A stretch of 64,000 nt of DNA from an uncultured Oscillospiraceae bacterium (lineage in GTDB: Bacteria > Bacillota > Clostridia > Oscillospirales > Oscillospiraceae), in the NCBI GenBank assembly GCA_947628185.1, contig CANQYW010000008.1, forward strand, positions 3,354 through 67,353, given 5' to 3'. The position numbers and the translations under genes are program-made. The notes beneath the pieces are model-generated. The model was not told where the DNA came from. It saw only the letters and a program-made list of their open reading frames with translations, and did not search any database. This document shows positions 35,830-44,556 of the stretch, piece after piece (the stretch's first letter is position 1; each line of letters opens with the position of its first letter).

Positions 35830-35975
35830 TCCTTATCTCTCAGGTCGAAAGGCACATGCCGGGAACACCGGGTCACCGGACACAGAGCGACCCCAATATG
35901 CGTTCTCGGTCAACTGTGCCGCATGTACTGCCGCTTGCGTCCATCATCTCACCTCACATTTATGTGTTTTCATTA
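35830..35975 (-). promoter_or_regulatory. Probable M-box (ykoK-type) Mg2+ riboswitch in the mgtE leader
   Basis: The minus strand reads GAGGUGAG...GACCGAGAACGCAUAUUGGGGUC...CCGGUGA...CAUGUGCCUUUCGACCUGAG. This resembles my recollection of the B. subtilis mgtE leader (UAGGUGAGG...GACGCUAAUGGGUCAACAG...AAGGUGA...GUGCUAAAGC). A TTGACG -35 box lies upstream. Confidence 0.5.
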
Positions 35976-36129
35976 AAATACACCATTTATTGCTATTCGT
36001 CAAGTTATTTCTATAGAAGTCATGGCTCCACGCATCATATTTTCTCACCTCCGGGGAAAGATAACACTCCCGTATGATTTTTTGCGGGAGTAATGCACGC
36101 CGCCGGCAGCTTGGCCGCGGCGATGGGAG

Positions 36130-36333
36130 ATGATTTTTATGAGCGCGAATTTCCTCGACGAGACCATGCCCCTGGGGCTCTCCATGGCCCTGGCGCAAAA
36201 TAGCCTCGCCCTCTATAAGTTCTCAAATCTCACTGAGAAGGAGCGCCAGGAGCTCGTCTCCAGGAGCCACGGGGTGAAGTCCTCGGAGGACATGCGCCTC
36301 CTGGTGGACGGGATCGCGGAGGGGCGCATCTGA
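36130..36333 (+). CDS. Small hypothetical protein (67 aa)
   Basis: ORF with a GGGAG RBS. No motif recognised. Confidence 0.5.
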   Translation: MIFMSANFLDETMPLGLSMALAQNSLALYKFSNLTEKERQELVSRSHGVKSSEDMRLLVDGIAEGRI

Positions 36334-36334
36334 G

Positions 36335-37420
36335 CTATCTGTCGCCCTTGAGCCTCCGGCGGACCCTGTTTAAGTGCCGCTCAAAATAGCCCTGGGATAT
36401 GAACTCCGCCAGGACCAGCTGGTCGAAGAGGGGCACGCTGCAGGAGTAGAACCCGAGGCGCCTGTCGTACTCCTCCATGAGCCCCGCCGGCAATACCATG
36501 TAGCTCATCCGCATGGACGGGGCCAGGGACTGGGAGAAGGTGTTGAGGTATATCACCCGGCCGCGGCCGTCCAGGGAGAAGAGCGTCTCCTGGGGCCGGC
36601 GGCTGAGGAATATCTCGGAGTCGAAGTCGTCCTCTATGATATACCTCTCCCCCGTCCCCGCCCAGGCCACGTACTCGAACCTCTTTCCGGCGGAGGCACT
36701 TATACCCGTGGGATAGCTGTGAAAGGGCGTGACGTGCAGTACATCCGCTTTTGAGGCCGCCAGCGCCTCACTACTTATGCCGTCCTCCCCAAGCCTTAAT
36801 AGCTCGATCCTCGCCCCGTCAGCGGCATAGACCTTGCGTATCTTCTCATATGATGGGTCCTCCACGCCGTAGAGCTTGTCCCGGCCTAAGAGTTTCACCA
36901 CCATGCCGTATAGATACTCCGCCCCGGAACCTATTATTATCCTCCCCGGCTCCGCCCGCATACCCCGGTACCGGAGCAGGAACTCGCTGATGGCGTTGCG
37001 CAGCTCCGCGCAGCCGTAATTTGGGGATTTTGCCAGCAGGCGCTCGCCGTACTCATTTATGACCTCGCGCATTATCCGCATGAGGGCGGAGTAGCGGAAC
37101 CCCCTGTCCCCTATGGCCTCCGGCTCCGGGTCTACCACCGGGGTCAGCGTCCCCGGTTCCCGGGACTTCTTGGCGGAGGAGGCGAGATCCGAGACGTAAT
37201 ATCCGCTCCGCTGGGCCGAGAAGGCGTAGCCCTCGTCCACCAGCATATTGTATGCCCCCTCCACGGTCACCACGCTCACGGAGAGGCTCTCCGCCAGGGC
37301 CCTCTTTGAGGGCAGTTTCGCGCCGGGCTCCAGTATGCCCCTGGCTATGTCGTCCCTTATTAGCTCGTAGAGCCGCAAGTACTTCGGTCCCTGGGCGCCG
37401 GTCAAGTCATAGCGAAACAC
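36335..37420 (-). CDS. MocR/PdxR-type regulator (GntR HTH fused to aminotransferase-like domain)
   Basis: LPSKRALAESLSVSVVTVEGAYNMLVDEGY wHTH plus a fold-type I-like C-terminal domain; GTG start after GGGGAGG. Confidence 0.8.
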   Translation of the reverse strand: MFRYDLTGAQGPKYLRLYELIRDDIARGILEPGAKLPSKRALAESLSVSVVTVEGAYNMLVDEGYAFSAQRSGYYVSDLASSAKKSREPGTLTPVVDPEPEAIGDRGFRYSALMRIMREVINEYGERLLAKSPNYGCAELRNAISEFLLRYRGMRAEPGRIIIGSGAEYLYGMVVKLLGRDKLYGVEDPSYEKIRKVYAADGARIELLRLGEDGISSEALAASKADVLHVTPFHSYPTGISASAGKRFEYVAWAGTGERYIIEDDFDSEIFLSRRPQETLFSLDGRGRVIYLNTFSQSLAPSMRMSYMVLPAGLMEEYDRRLGFYSCSVPLFDQLVLAEFISQGYFERHLNRVRRRLKGDR

Positions 37421-37540
37421 CTAAAGCCGCCTCCCCTTCGCTTATCTACAAACTATTATACGCTCTCCAAAAATTAAGTCAAGAAAGTAATCCCGGGGGC
37501 TTATGTGGACCCCCGGGACTTTGATAAAAGCGATTTTTAT

Positions 37541-38791
37541 TTATTCCCTTCTCAGCGCCTCTATGGGGTTGAGCTTGGAGGCCTTGACGGCCGGCACGAG
37601 GCCGAAGACAATGCCTATCACCATGGAGAACACCACCGCCACGACGCACGCCGGGATACTTATCCCCACCGGCGTGCCCATGACGTTGGAGAGCATGTAG
37701 GCGAGCCCTATGCCCCCTCCCACGCCTATGACGCCGCCCAGTGATGTGAGCACCGCGGCCTCGGTGAGGAACTGCCACATTATCCTGGACTGCCGCGCCC
37801 CGATGGCTATCTTGAGGCCGATCTCCCTGGTGCGCTCCGTCACCGAGACGAGCATAATGTTCATGACGCCTATGCCGCCCACCAGGAGGGAGATGCCGGC
37901 TATCCATATGAGCTGGTTGTTGGCGCTCTCGGATAGGCTCTGGAGCTCCGCCGCCTGCTGAAGGAGGTCGTCCGCCTCGTAGGAGAAGTAGTCGTTCGTT
38001 ATGACGCCGCTCTCCTTGAGGGCGTCCGCCACGTTGGTGCCCGCAGTCGTCATCTCATCTGTGCCCTCGGCGTGGACGGCCACGCTCTGGGGCTCGTCGT
38101 ACCTATATACGATATCCCAGCAGTTTATGGGGATGAAGATGGTGCCGCCGCTGGTATTGGCGTACATGTAGTAGTCGTCCACGGAGTTTATGACCGGTGA
38201 GTTCTCCACCCGCTCAGATACTATGCCGATGATGGTGAAGGGCTCGCCCCTGAACTCAATGGTCTGCCCCACCGGGTTCTCACCGGCGAAGAGGCCGCTG
38301 GCGGCGGTGTCGTCCACCATCGCCACCTTGCGGGCCCTCTCAAAGTCCGTCTCGGTGAACCCGCGGCCGTACTGCACGTCATACCCCGCCACGGAGAAGT
38401 AGTGGCTGTCCACGCCGTAGATGGCGCCGTTAAAGCTGTTATTTTTGAAATACACCTCGTCCGCCCAGTCGCGCTTGCGGTAGAGGGAGGTCTCAAGGAC
38501 GCTGGGGAGCTCGTCAAGGGAGGCCCTGAGCTCCTCGCTTATGGTCCCTATCCCCTGGGGGATGGAGCCGTAACTGAAGTCCGCGGGGTACCCGTCGGCA
38601 TTTATGGTCACGTTCACCACGTTCGTCCCGGAGCCTATGAGGTTCGTCTTTATCTGCTCGTTTATGCCGGTGATGGTGGAGACTATGGTGATTATGGCGG
38701 CGATGCCGATGATTATGCCAAGCATCGTCAGGAACGAACGGAGCTTGTGGCTCCATATCCCCTGAAAGGCCAGTGATATATTTTCAAACAT
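37541..38791 (-). CDS. MacB-type ABC transporter permease (FtsX domain with large extracytoplasmic domain)
   Basis: MFENISLAFQGIWSHKLRSFLTMLGIIIG N-terminus and a C-terminal FtsX 3-TM bundle. Confidence 0.88.
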   Translation of the reverse strand: MFENISLAFQGIWSHKLRSFLTMLGIIIGIAAIITIVSTITGINEQIKTNLIGSGTNVVNVTINADGYPADFSYGSIPQGIGTISEELRASLDELPSVLETSLYRKRDWADEVYFKNNSFNGAIYGVDSHYFSVAGYDVQYGRGFTETDFERARKVAMVDDTAASGLFAGENPVGQTIEFRGEPFTIIGIVSERVENSPVINSVDDYYMYANTSGGTIFIPINCWDIVYRYDEPQSVAVHAEGTDEMTTAGTNVADALKESGVITNDYFSYEADDLLQQAAELQSLSESANNQLIWIAGISLLVGGIGVMNIMLVSVTERTREIGLKIAIGARQSRIMWQFLTEAAVLTSLGGVIGVGGGIGLAYMLSNVMGTPVGISIPACVVAVVFSMVIGIVFGLVPAVKASKLNPIEALRRE

Positions 38792-38803
38792 ACTGCCGCC
38801 TCC

Positions 38804-40387
38804 TCAATAGTTGTAGAGCTCATCGAGCTCCGCGTCCTGGGTCTCGGCCCCATCGACCACATCCCTGCCGTAGGGGAAGGCTATGCGGTCCTCAAGGGTC
38901 AGTCCGCCCAGCACCTCAACGCTGGACCCCCAGAGGTCCCTGCCGGTGCGTATCCAGCGCTGCTCCAGGGTCCCGTCCTCGCCCTTGACGTAGACGTAGC
39001 TCCGGCCGTTGTCTGTGCGGACGAACATCTTGTCGAGGTACCAGGCGTTGGGGTTCCCGCCGCTCTGGTAGGAGATGCTGACGTAGTCGCCGTCAATGAG
39101 CGCCGCGTCCTCGCCCACAAAGACCGTAAATGGGTACCAGGACACATTCTGGTTCCCCTGGGTCCAGCCGGTGGCGTTGGGGGCGGGGTCTGAGCTTATC
39201 TCCCGTATCTCGCCGGTTATGGTCTCCCCGGTGGACCAGGAGTTCACCGTGACCTCCTGCCCTATGGATATGGTGTCCAGCTCCAGCTCACTGAGAGTGC
39301 CGGTTATGTAGTAGCCGCCTCCGGCGGAGACCTCGATGAGCGCCTCGCCCGTCCACTGGACGCTCTCCTGGTCGCGGACAGCCTTCACCACGCCGTCAAT
39401 ATCGCTGCGGACGACGCCGTCGTCCAGCTCACGCTGTTTCTGCTTGAGTTCGTTCTCCGATATCTTTATCTGGAGGTCGAGGTCGTTTATCTCCTGCTGT
39501 TTCTCGCTCTGCATACGGGCGATCTCGCTGCGGGAGTAGGAGTTTGCCATGAGGCTCTCGATATTCGCAAGCTCACGCCGGAGCTGGGTGATCTCCTCGG
39601 TGTCCTCGCCCGGGATCTCCGCCAGGGGCTCCGCGTCAAAGAGGCTGAGGGTGAGGCGTTTCTCCTGCGGCTCCTGCGGCGCTGCCGGTTCCTCCCCCTC
39701 CTCGGGCTCCTCGGCCACCCAGGCGAGGTGGAGGCCGTGGAACGCGGCGTACTGTCCGCCCTCCACGTCCACAAGGACGATATATATGTCCTCAAGGCCG
39801 CTCTCCTCCAATATGGCCTCGAGATCGAGTCCGCCGGCCGGGGTGGGCATGTAATAGGGGTCCTCCTGGGTCCACGTGCCCATGGGTATGACGGGCAGTG
39901 TGGGGTTTGCGGAGGGCGTGTTGGCAAGCTCCTGGGTCAGGAGCTCCATAACGGAGTTATATTTGCTCTCCAGATACTCCCTGGAGGTGGCGTTTTTGAG
40001 GTTCCTGAGCTCCCGGTTGGCGGTCTCCAGCTGGGATTTGCTCTTCTCAAGGGCTATCTCGGCCCGGGTGACGTCTAAGTTACTCAACGTGGTGTCATAG
40101 GCCACCAGCGGGTCCCCCGCCTTGACCTCCTGGCCCTCGGTGACGAATACCTCGCTGACGGTCTGGGTGCCCGAGAGATAGACCTTCTGGATGCCGTCTG
40201 TGGTCACCATGCCGCTGGTCTCCGAGACGTCCCCCCAGTAGTTCGTCATGGCTATGCTCTCCACCGGGAAGACCTTCACGTTCTCCCTCTGGGCGTCCTT
40301 TAGAAGATTCATGCCGCCCCACACGCCGCCTACTACGACCGCCAGGACCACCACGGCGATGATGACGCGCTTTACATTTTTACTCAT
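38804..40387 (-). CDS. Periplasmic-adaptor (HlyD/MFP) family protein with long coiled coil
   Basis: N-terminal TM, biotinyl-lipoyl-like VKAGDPLVAYD, coiled coil, beta-barrel. ATG 40387 follows GGAGGTG. Confidence 0.8.
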   Translation of the reverse strand: MSKNVKRVIIAVVVLAVVVGGVWGGMNLLKDAQRENVKVFPVESIAMTNYWGDVSETSGMVTTDGIQKVYLSGTQTVSEVFVTEGQEVKAGDPLVAYDTTLSNLDVTRAEIALEKSKSQLETANRELRNLKNATSREYLESKYNSVMELLTQELANTPSANPTLPVIPMGTWTQEDPYYMPTPAGGLDLEAILEESGLEDIYIVLVDVEGGQYAAFHGLHLAWVAEEPEEGEEPAAPQEPQEKRLTLSLFDAEPLAEIPGEDTEEITQLRRELANIESLMANSYSRSEIARMQSEKQQEINDLDLQIKISENELKQKQRELDDGVVRSDIDGVVKAVRDQESVQWTGEALIEVSAGGGYYITGTLSELELDTISIGQEVTVNSWSTGETITGEIREISSDPAPNATGWTQGNQNVSWYPFTVFVGEDAALIDGDYVSISYQSGGNPNAWYLDKMFVRTDNGRSYVYVKGEDGTLEQRWIRTGRDLWGSSVEVLGGLTLEDRIAFPYGRDVVDGAETQDAELDELYNY

Positions 40388-41060
40388 TACCGGCACCTCC
40401 CGAAAGGACCCCGTCGCGGATGAATCTTATGTGATCCGCGTGGTCGGCTATGGATCTATCGTGGGTTATCATGAGTATCGTGGCGCCGCTGTCGTGGAGG
40501 CGCGCGAAGAGCTCCATGACCTGCTCGCCGCTGGCGGAGTCGAGGGCCCCGGTGGGCTCATCCGCCAGGAGCATCTTGGGTTTCCCAACGATGGCCCTGG
40601 CTATCGCAACCCTCTGGCACTGTCCGCCGGAGAGCTGGTCCGGCCTATAGTCCATCCTGTCGGAGAGGCCCACGGTCTCCAGCGCCTCGGCGGCGCGGCG
40701 GCGGCGCTCCGACTTACGTACCCCGCCGTATAGGAGCGGCAGAGCCACGTTATCGAGGGCCGTGAGTTTCGGCAGGAGGTTGAAGGACTGGAAGACGAAC
40801 CCTATCTCCTTGTTCCTCACCTCCGCCAGCTGCCGGTGGGTGAGTTTCGTTATGTCCCTGTCCCCCAGGTTGTAACTGCCGCTGGTGGGGGTGTCGAGGC
40901 ACCCCACAAGGTTCATGAGCGTGGTCTTGCCGCTGCCGGAGGGGCCCATTATGGCGAGGTACTCCCCCTGCTCCACGTCGAGGTCCACGTTTTTAAGGAC
41001 ATGGGTGACGTTCTTGCCCATGGCGTAGTCCTTGCAGATATCGCGCATCTCCAGGATCAT
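40380..41060 (-). CDS. ABC transporter ATP-binding protein (MacB/LolD-like)
   Basis: Walker A GPSGSGKTT, signature LSGGQCQR, Walker B LLADEPTGALD. ATG 41060 overlaps the upstream stop (TGATG). Confidence 0.9.
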   Translation of the reverse strand: MILEMRDICKDYAMGKNVTHVLKNVDLDVEQGEYLAIMGPSGSGKTTLMNLVGCLDTPTSGSYNLGDRDITKLTHRQLAEVRNKEIGFVFQSFNLLPKLTALDNVALPLLYGGVRKSERRRRAAEALETVGLSDRMDYRPDQLSGGQCQRVAIARAIVGKPKMLLADEPTGALDSASGEQVMELFARLHDSGATILMITHDRSIADHADHIRFIRDGVLSGGAGNE

Positions 41061-42355
41061 CAATGACGCACCCCCATCCCAAGTGTGTACCAATCGACGT
41101 CGTATATCACCCCTTCGAGGACGTCGGGCGTGGCGGGCATCACATTGACGCCCGGCATCACGTTGACGCCCGGCGCGGGGGATATGGCCTCGCCGGAGCC
41201 GCCCTGGTCGGAGCCGTCGTTGAAGGAGTTGTCGTCAAACTCCACGCACTCCGCCCCCTCCACGACGGTGTCGTCGGGGAAGGCTATGAAATCCTCCGCT
41301 GTGAGGCCGGATATGACGACGTAGGTGTCCATCATCTCGTCGTACTCGCCGAGTGTCAACTGGCGTTTTTCTATCTTGCCGCGGCTGTTCTGGGCCCAGA
41401 CCCAGGGGCTCTCGGTCTCGGCGTCCATGACGAAATACGCCGGGAGCCGGAGGGCGGTGTCCGCCGGGCCCTCGCCCTGGCCGAGGTCGGGCTCTATGTA
41501 GACGTGCTGGCCCAGCATGAGGCCCTGACTGTCCTCCAGCACCACGTAGAATGGGTATTTAGAGGAACTGCTGGTGCCGTCCCCGTAGTAGCTGTTGTTC
41601 TGGGTCGGGTTCTCCAGGTCCACGCTGTCGATATACCCGCGCCAGGTGGAGTCGTCCACCCGTGAACGCACCAGGACGCCGGTGCCGATGGGCAAAGAGG
41701 CCACATTCGTCTCGTTTATGTACCCCATTATCCTGAAATCATCCGAGGAGACGATGGTCATAAAGGGCAGAGGATTGCCGTAGTCGTCGTAGCCGCCGTC
41801 CTTATTAATGCTTTGTATCTTGCCGGATATGGGCGCCGTGACGGCGGTATCCCCCACCGACTCCTCGATACGGGTGACCTCCTGCTCCTTCTGCTTGAGG
41901 TTATACTCCGCCTCCAATATGTCCGTCTCCAGCTGGCGTATCTCCAGGGAGTAGGAGAGCTGCTGACTTGAGGGTGCGGAGTCGCGCTCCTTCTCAAGGC
42001 GCGTCAGTTCCTCCCGCTTGTCCTCAAGGCTCTTGGTCTGCTGTTCAAGCTCCAGCCGGGCCCGCTCCAGCTCCAGCTCCGCCCGCTCGGTGTCGTAGGT
42101 GAAGAGATCCTGGCCCGCGGTGACGCTGTCCCCCACCTTCACAAGTATCTCCGCCACCTCGGCCTCGCCGGACTTCTCCACGTCCGTCTCCGCCTGGGGC
42201 GAGACTATCCCGGCGAACCTGTCCGCCAGTCCCAGGGAACCCACGCCGCATATCGTCCCCACGTTCTGCACGGACACCGTCGCCCCATCCTCACCGCACC
42301 CGGCAAGGACGGCGAGCAGCATCAATACCGCCATCAACAGCGCACATTTTCTCAT
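41060..42355 (-). CDS. Periplasmic-adaptor (HlyD/MFP) family lipoprotein
   Basis: Lipobox LLAVLAGC, VTAGQDLFTYD lipoyl-like motif, coiled coil. Confidence 0.8.
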   Translation of the reverse strand: MRKCALLMAVLMLLAVLAGCGEDGATVSVQNVGTICGVGSLGLADRFAGIVSPQAETDVEKSGEAEVAEILVKVGDSVTAGQDLFTYDTERAELELERARLELEQQTKSLEDKREELTRLEKERDSAPSSQQLSYSLEIRQLETDILEAEYNLKQKEQEVTRIEESVGDTAVTAPISGKIQSINKDGGYDDYGNPLPFMTIVSSDDFRIMGYINETNVASLPIGTGVLVRSRVDDSTWRGYIDSVDLENPTQNNSYYGDGTSSSSKYPFYVVLEDSQGLMLGQHVYIEPDLGQGEGPADTALRLPAYFVMDAETESPWVWAQNSRGKIEKRQLTLGEYDEMMDTYVVISGLTAEDFIAFPDDTVVEGAECVEFDDNSFNDGSDQGGSGEAISPAPGVNVMPGVNVMPATPDVLEGVIYDVDWYTLGMGVRH

Positions 42356-42454
42356 ATCTCATTTTCCTCCTTTATCTGGTAACGGCCAGGCCGCCACATA
42401 ACTATAACCCTTTAGACTCCAAAAATCAAGAAAAGTTCCACACCTTAACGCAAA

Positions 42455-42495
42455 AATTAAAAAAAGTCCGGGAGGGCTTTTCGGCTCTCTCGGAC
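42455..42495 (-). terminator. Terminator after the GtrA-family gene
   Basis: Minus strand GTCCGAGAG...CTCCCGGAC followed by TTTTTTT. Confidence 0.7.
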
Positions 42496-42510
42496 TTTAC
42501 ATCGCGGCGG

Positions 42511-42957
42511 TCACTTGCGGAAGACCACCAGATTGCTGAATACATAATTCATTATAAGCACTATGACCTGCGCTATGAGTTTCGTCCAGTTCTCACTGAG
42601 CTCCAGGACCTCCACGAAGATGAAGAGCACCCCCTCCTCGACCCCCAGGGATGTGAGACGCGCCGCCGCGAAACTCCCCGCCTGGCTAATTACCGCCCTG
42701 CAGTCCCAGCGCCGGTCCTCAAACACAAAAATCTTGTTCGTCACGAAGGCGAAGTCCACGGCCCCCACCCACGCGATGACGTTCGCCGTGAGATACCCCA
42801 TCGCCGCCTTCACGGGGAAGTAGATTATGAAGTTCACCGCCGTGGTGAGCGCCCCGAAGACGAGGTAGCTCAGGATCTTCTGGTTCCTCAGGACAAACCC
42901 CCGGAGGGGCTTTGGCACCATGGGCTTTATAAGTACATAAAATCTCGACTCTCTCAA
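42511..42957 (-). CDS. GtrA-family membrane protein
   Basis: 4-TM GtrA pattern (YLVFGALTTAVNFIIYF), TTG start after GAGGA. Confidence 0.75.
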   Translation of the reverse strand: MRESRFYVLIKPMVPKPLRGFVLRNQKILSYLVFGALTTAVNFIIYFPVKAAMGYLTANVIAWVGAVDFAFVTNKIFVFEDRRWDCRAVISQAGSFAAARLTSLGVEEGVLFIFVEVLELSENWTKLIAQVIVLIMNYVFSNLVVFRK

Positions 42958-43008
42958 GGTATTTTCCTCGTCTAAATCATCTTATCCGCGTGGGCCATTT
43001 ACGGGCGG

Positions 43009-44130
43009 TCAGTCCAAAATATACACGAGAGCGTCCCTCACGCCGAAGTTCCAGCACTCCTCCTCGGTCTCCATGAAGAGGTCCAGGATGTCCCCGCCGG
43101 GGGTGTCCCCCACCAGGGCGAAACCGTATGTCCAGGAGCCGTCAGGGGCGGTTATGTAGACGTGGGTCCCCTGGGGGATGGTGCTGGGCAGCGCCGCCAC
43201 TATCCCCACCTGCACCGGGGCGCCGCTGGCAGTTATGCTGCCGGCGCTGTAGGTGTAGGCTGTGGCCGTCATCCTTATGCTGCGGGTGTACGCCACCACC
43301 TCACCAGAGGCGGTGGTGAAGGTCTGTCCCCCGCCGGAGGGCGCATCTGAGGAACCGCCGGATGGATCATCAGAGGAGCCGCTGGATGGATCATCGGTGG
43401 ATGGTATCTCCTCGGGCTCACTGTTCCTCACGGGCTCCGGCTCCGGTTTTACCTTTGTGCCTCTTAAAATGACGGTGTCCTCCGGCTCCTCCACCAGAGT
43501 CTCCTCCACCTTCTCGCGGGTGTAGAACTCGCCGTCTATGTACTGCTCCTTATATTTCGTCCGGCGCAGTCCGTCGGACCCCTCCGTCAGCACCTGGGTC
43601 TTGCCCCTCTCAAGGTCCGGGTCATCCCGGTACTCGGCGCCGTGCTCCACCGGGGTGTCCTCGGTGGAGTAATCGTAGGTCACGCGGCGGATGACTATCT
43701 CTATCCCGTCGTATATTGGGGCGTCCGGGTCCTCTGAGATCATATCGTCCTCCCCCACCGTGACTCCCAGCTCATTTAGCTGGTCCGCCACCGTCCCGCC
43801 GGAGGCCCGCAGCTCATCCCGCTGGCCGTCGTGGGTGACGGCGACATCAAGCGCGTCGTAGAGCTCCACCGCCGTGAAACTCTCGTGCTCCGTGAGGACG
43901 TAGAGATATTCCTCCGGGTCCATGCCGAGCTCGGAGAGTATGACGTCCACGGACCGCTCCTGGGTGGATATGACTGTCAGCGAGTTTCCATGAGAAAGGA
44001 CAAAGTTCCTGGGCTCCGAGACGGAGCTGGCCGAGGTCCCCAGCATGAGACCCGCGGCGGCCACTATCATAGGAAATATCGACCGCAAAAGCCATTTCAT
44101 AGGTATTCGGGGTTTTTTAGACTCTCCCAC
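43009..44130 (-). CDS. Secreted cell-wall protein with DUF348-G5-3D architecture (YabE/RpfB-like)
   Basis: Signal/TM region, G5-like segment (GKTQVLTEGSDGLRRTKYKE), C-terminal 3D domain (TATAYT...GDTPGGDILDLF). The start is uncertain (GTG 44130 or ATG 44100). Confidence 0.8.
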   Translation of the reverse strand: MGESKKPRIPMKWLLRSIFPMIVAAAGLMLGTSASSVSEPRNFVLSHGNSLTVISTQERSVDVILSELGMDPEEYLYVLTEHESFTAVELYDALDVAVTHDGQRDELRASGGTVADQLNELGVTVGEDDMISEDPDAPIYDGIEIVIRRVTYDYSTEDTPVEHGAEYRDDPDLERGKTQVLTEGSDGLRRTKYKEQYIDGEFYTREKVEETLVEEPEDTVILRGTKVKPEPEPVRNSEPEEIPSTDDPSSGSSDDPSGGSSDAPSGGGQTFTTASGEVVAYTRSIRMTATAYTYSAGSITASGAPVQVGIVAALPSTIPQGTHVYITAPDGSWTYGFALVGDTPGGDILDLFMETEEECWNFGVRDALVYILD

Positions 44131-44197
44131 TTATGATCACTTCCCATATTAGTTTACACGTTCAGTTACAAATTGGTTACAATTTCGTAACAAACGC

Positions 44198-44226
44198 ATT
44201 ATAACACTATGCGCCTCATTTGTCAA
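44198..44226 (-). promoter_or_regulatory. Perfect consensus sigma-A promoter of the G5/3D gene
   Basis: Minus strand TTGACA (44226-44221), 17 nt, TGtTATAAT (-10 at 44203-44198). Confidence 0.65.
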
Positions 44227-44331
44227 ATATCACTGAAAAATTATTCAAAATTTGTTGGCGCCCGGAATAGCGAAACAAATTCGCCCATATCCTGACAAAA
44301 AAATAAAAACAGAAAAAATGATGATTTGGAC

Positions 44332-44360
44332 TTGCAATGTTCGCGGAAGTGTGCTATTAT
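44332..44360 (+). promoter_or_regulatory. Sigma-A promoter for tRNA-Pro
   Basis: TTGCAA (44332-44337), 17 nt, TGcTATTAT (-10 at 44355-44360). Confidence 0.55.
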
Positions 44361-44383
44361 ACTCAGGCACGAGAGATGAATAT

Positions 44384-44460
44384 CCGGGTGTGGCGAAGTT
44401 TGGTATCGCGCTTGAATGGGGTTCAAGAGGCCGCTGGTTCGAATCCAGTCACTCGGACCA
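44384..44460 (+). tRNA. tRNA-Pro (anticodon GGG), CCA encoded
   Basis: Folded by hand: acceptor CCGGGTG/CACTCGG (one G-U pair), anticodon arm CTTGA-ATGGGGT-TCAAG, T-arm GCTGG-TTCGAAT-CCAGT. Confidence 0.88.
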
Positions 44461-44500
44461 AGTCGGAGTAGGCTTTGAGCTTGCTCCGACTTTTGTTTTC
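44461..44500 (+). terminator. Terminator after tRNA-Pro
   Basis: AGTCGGAG...CTCCGACT followed by TTTTGTTTT. Confidence 0.7.
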
Positions 44501-44556
44501 TCATATTGGTGTTAAAAAAATCGGAGCAGGCTCAAAATCGCCCGCTCCGTTTTTTG

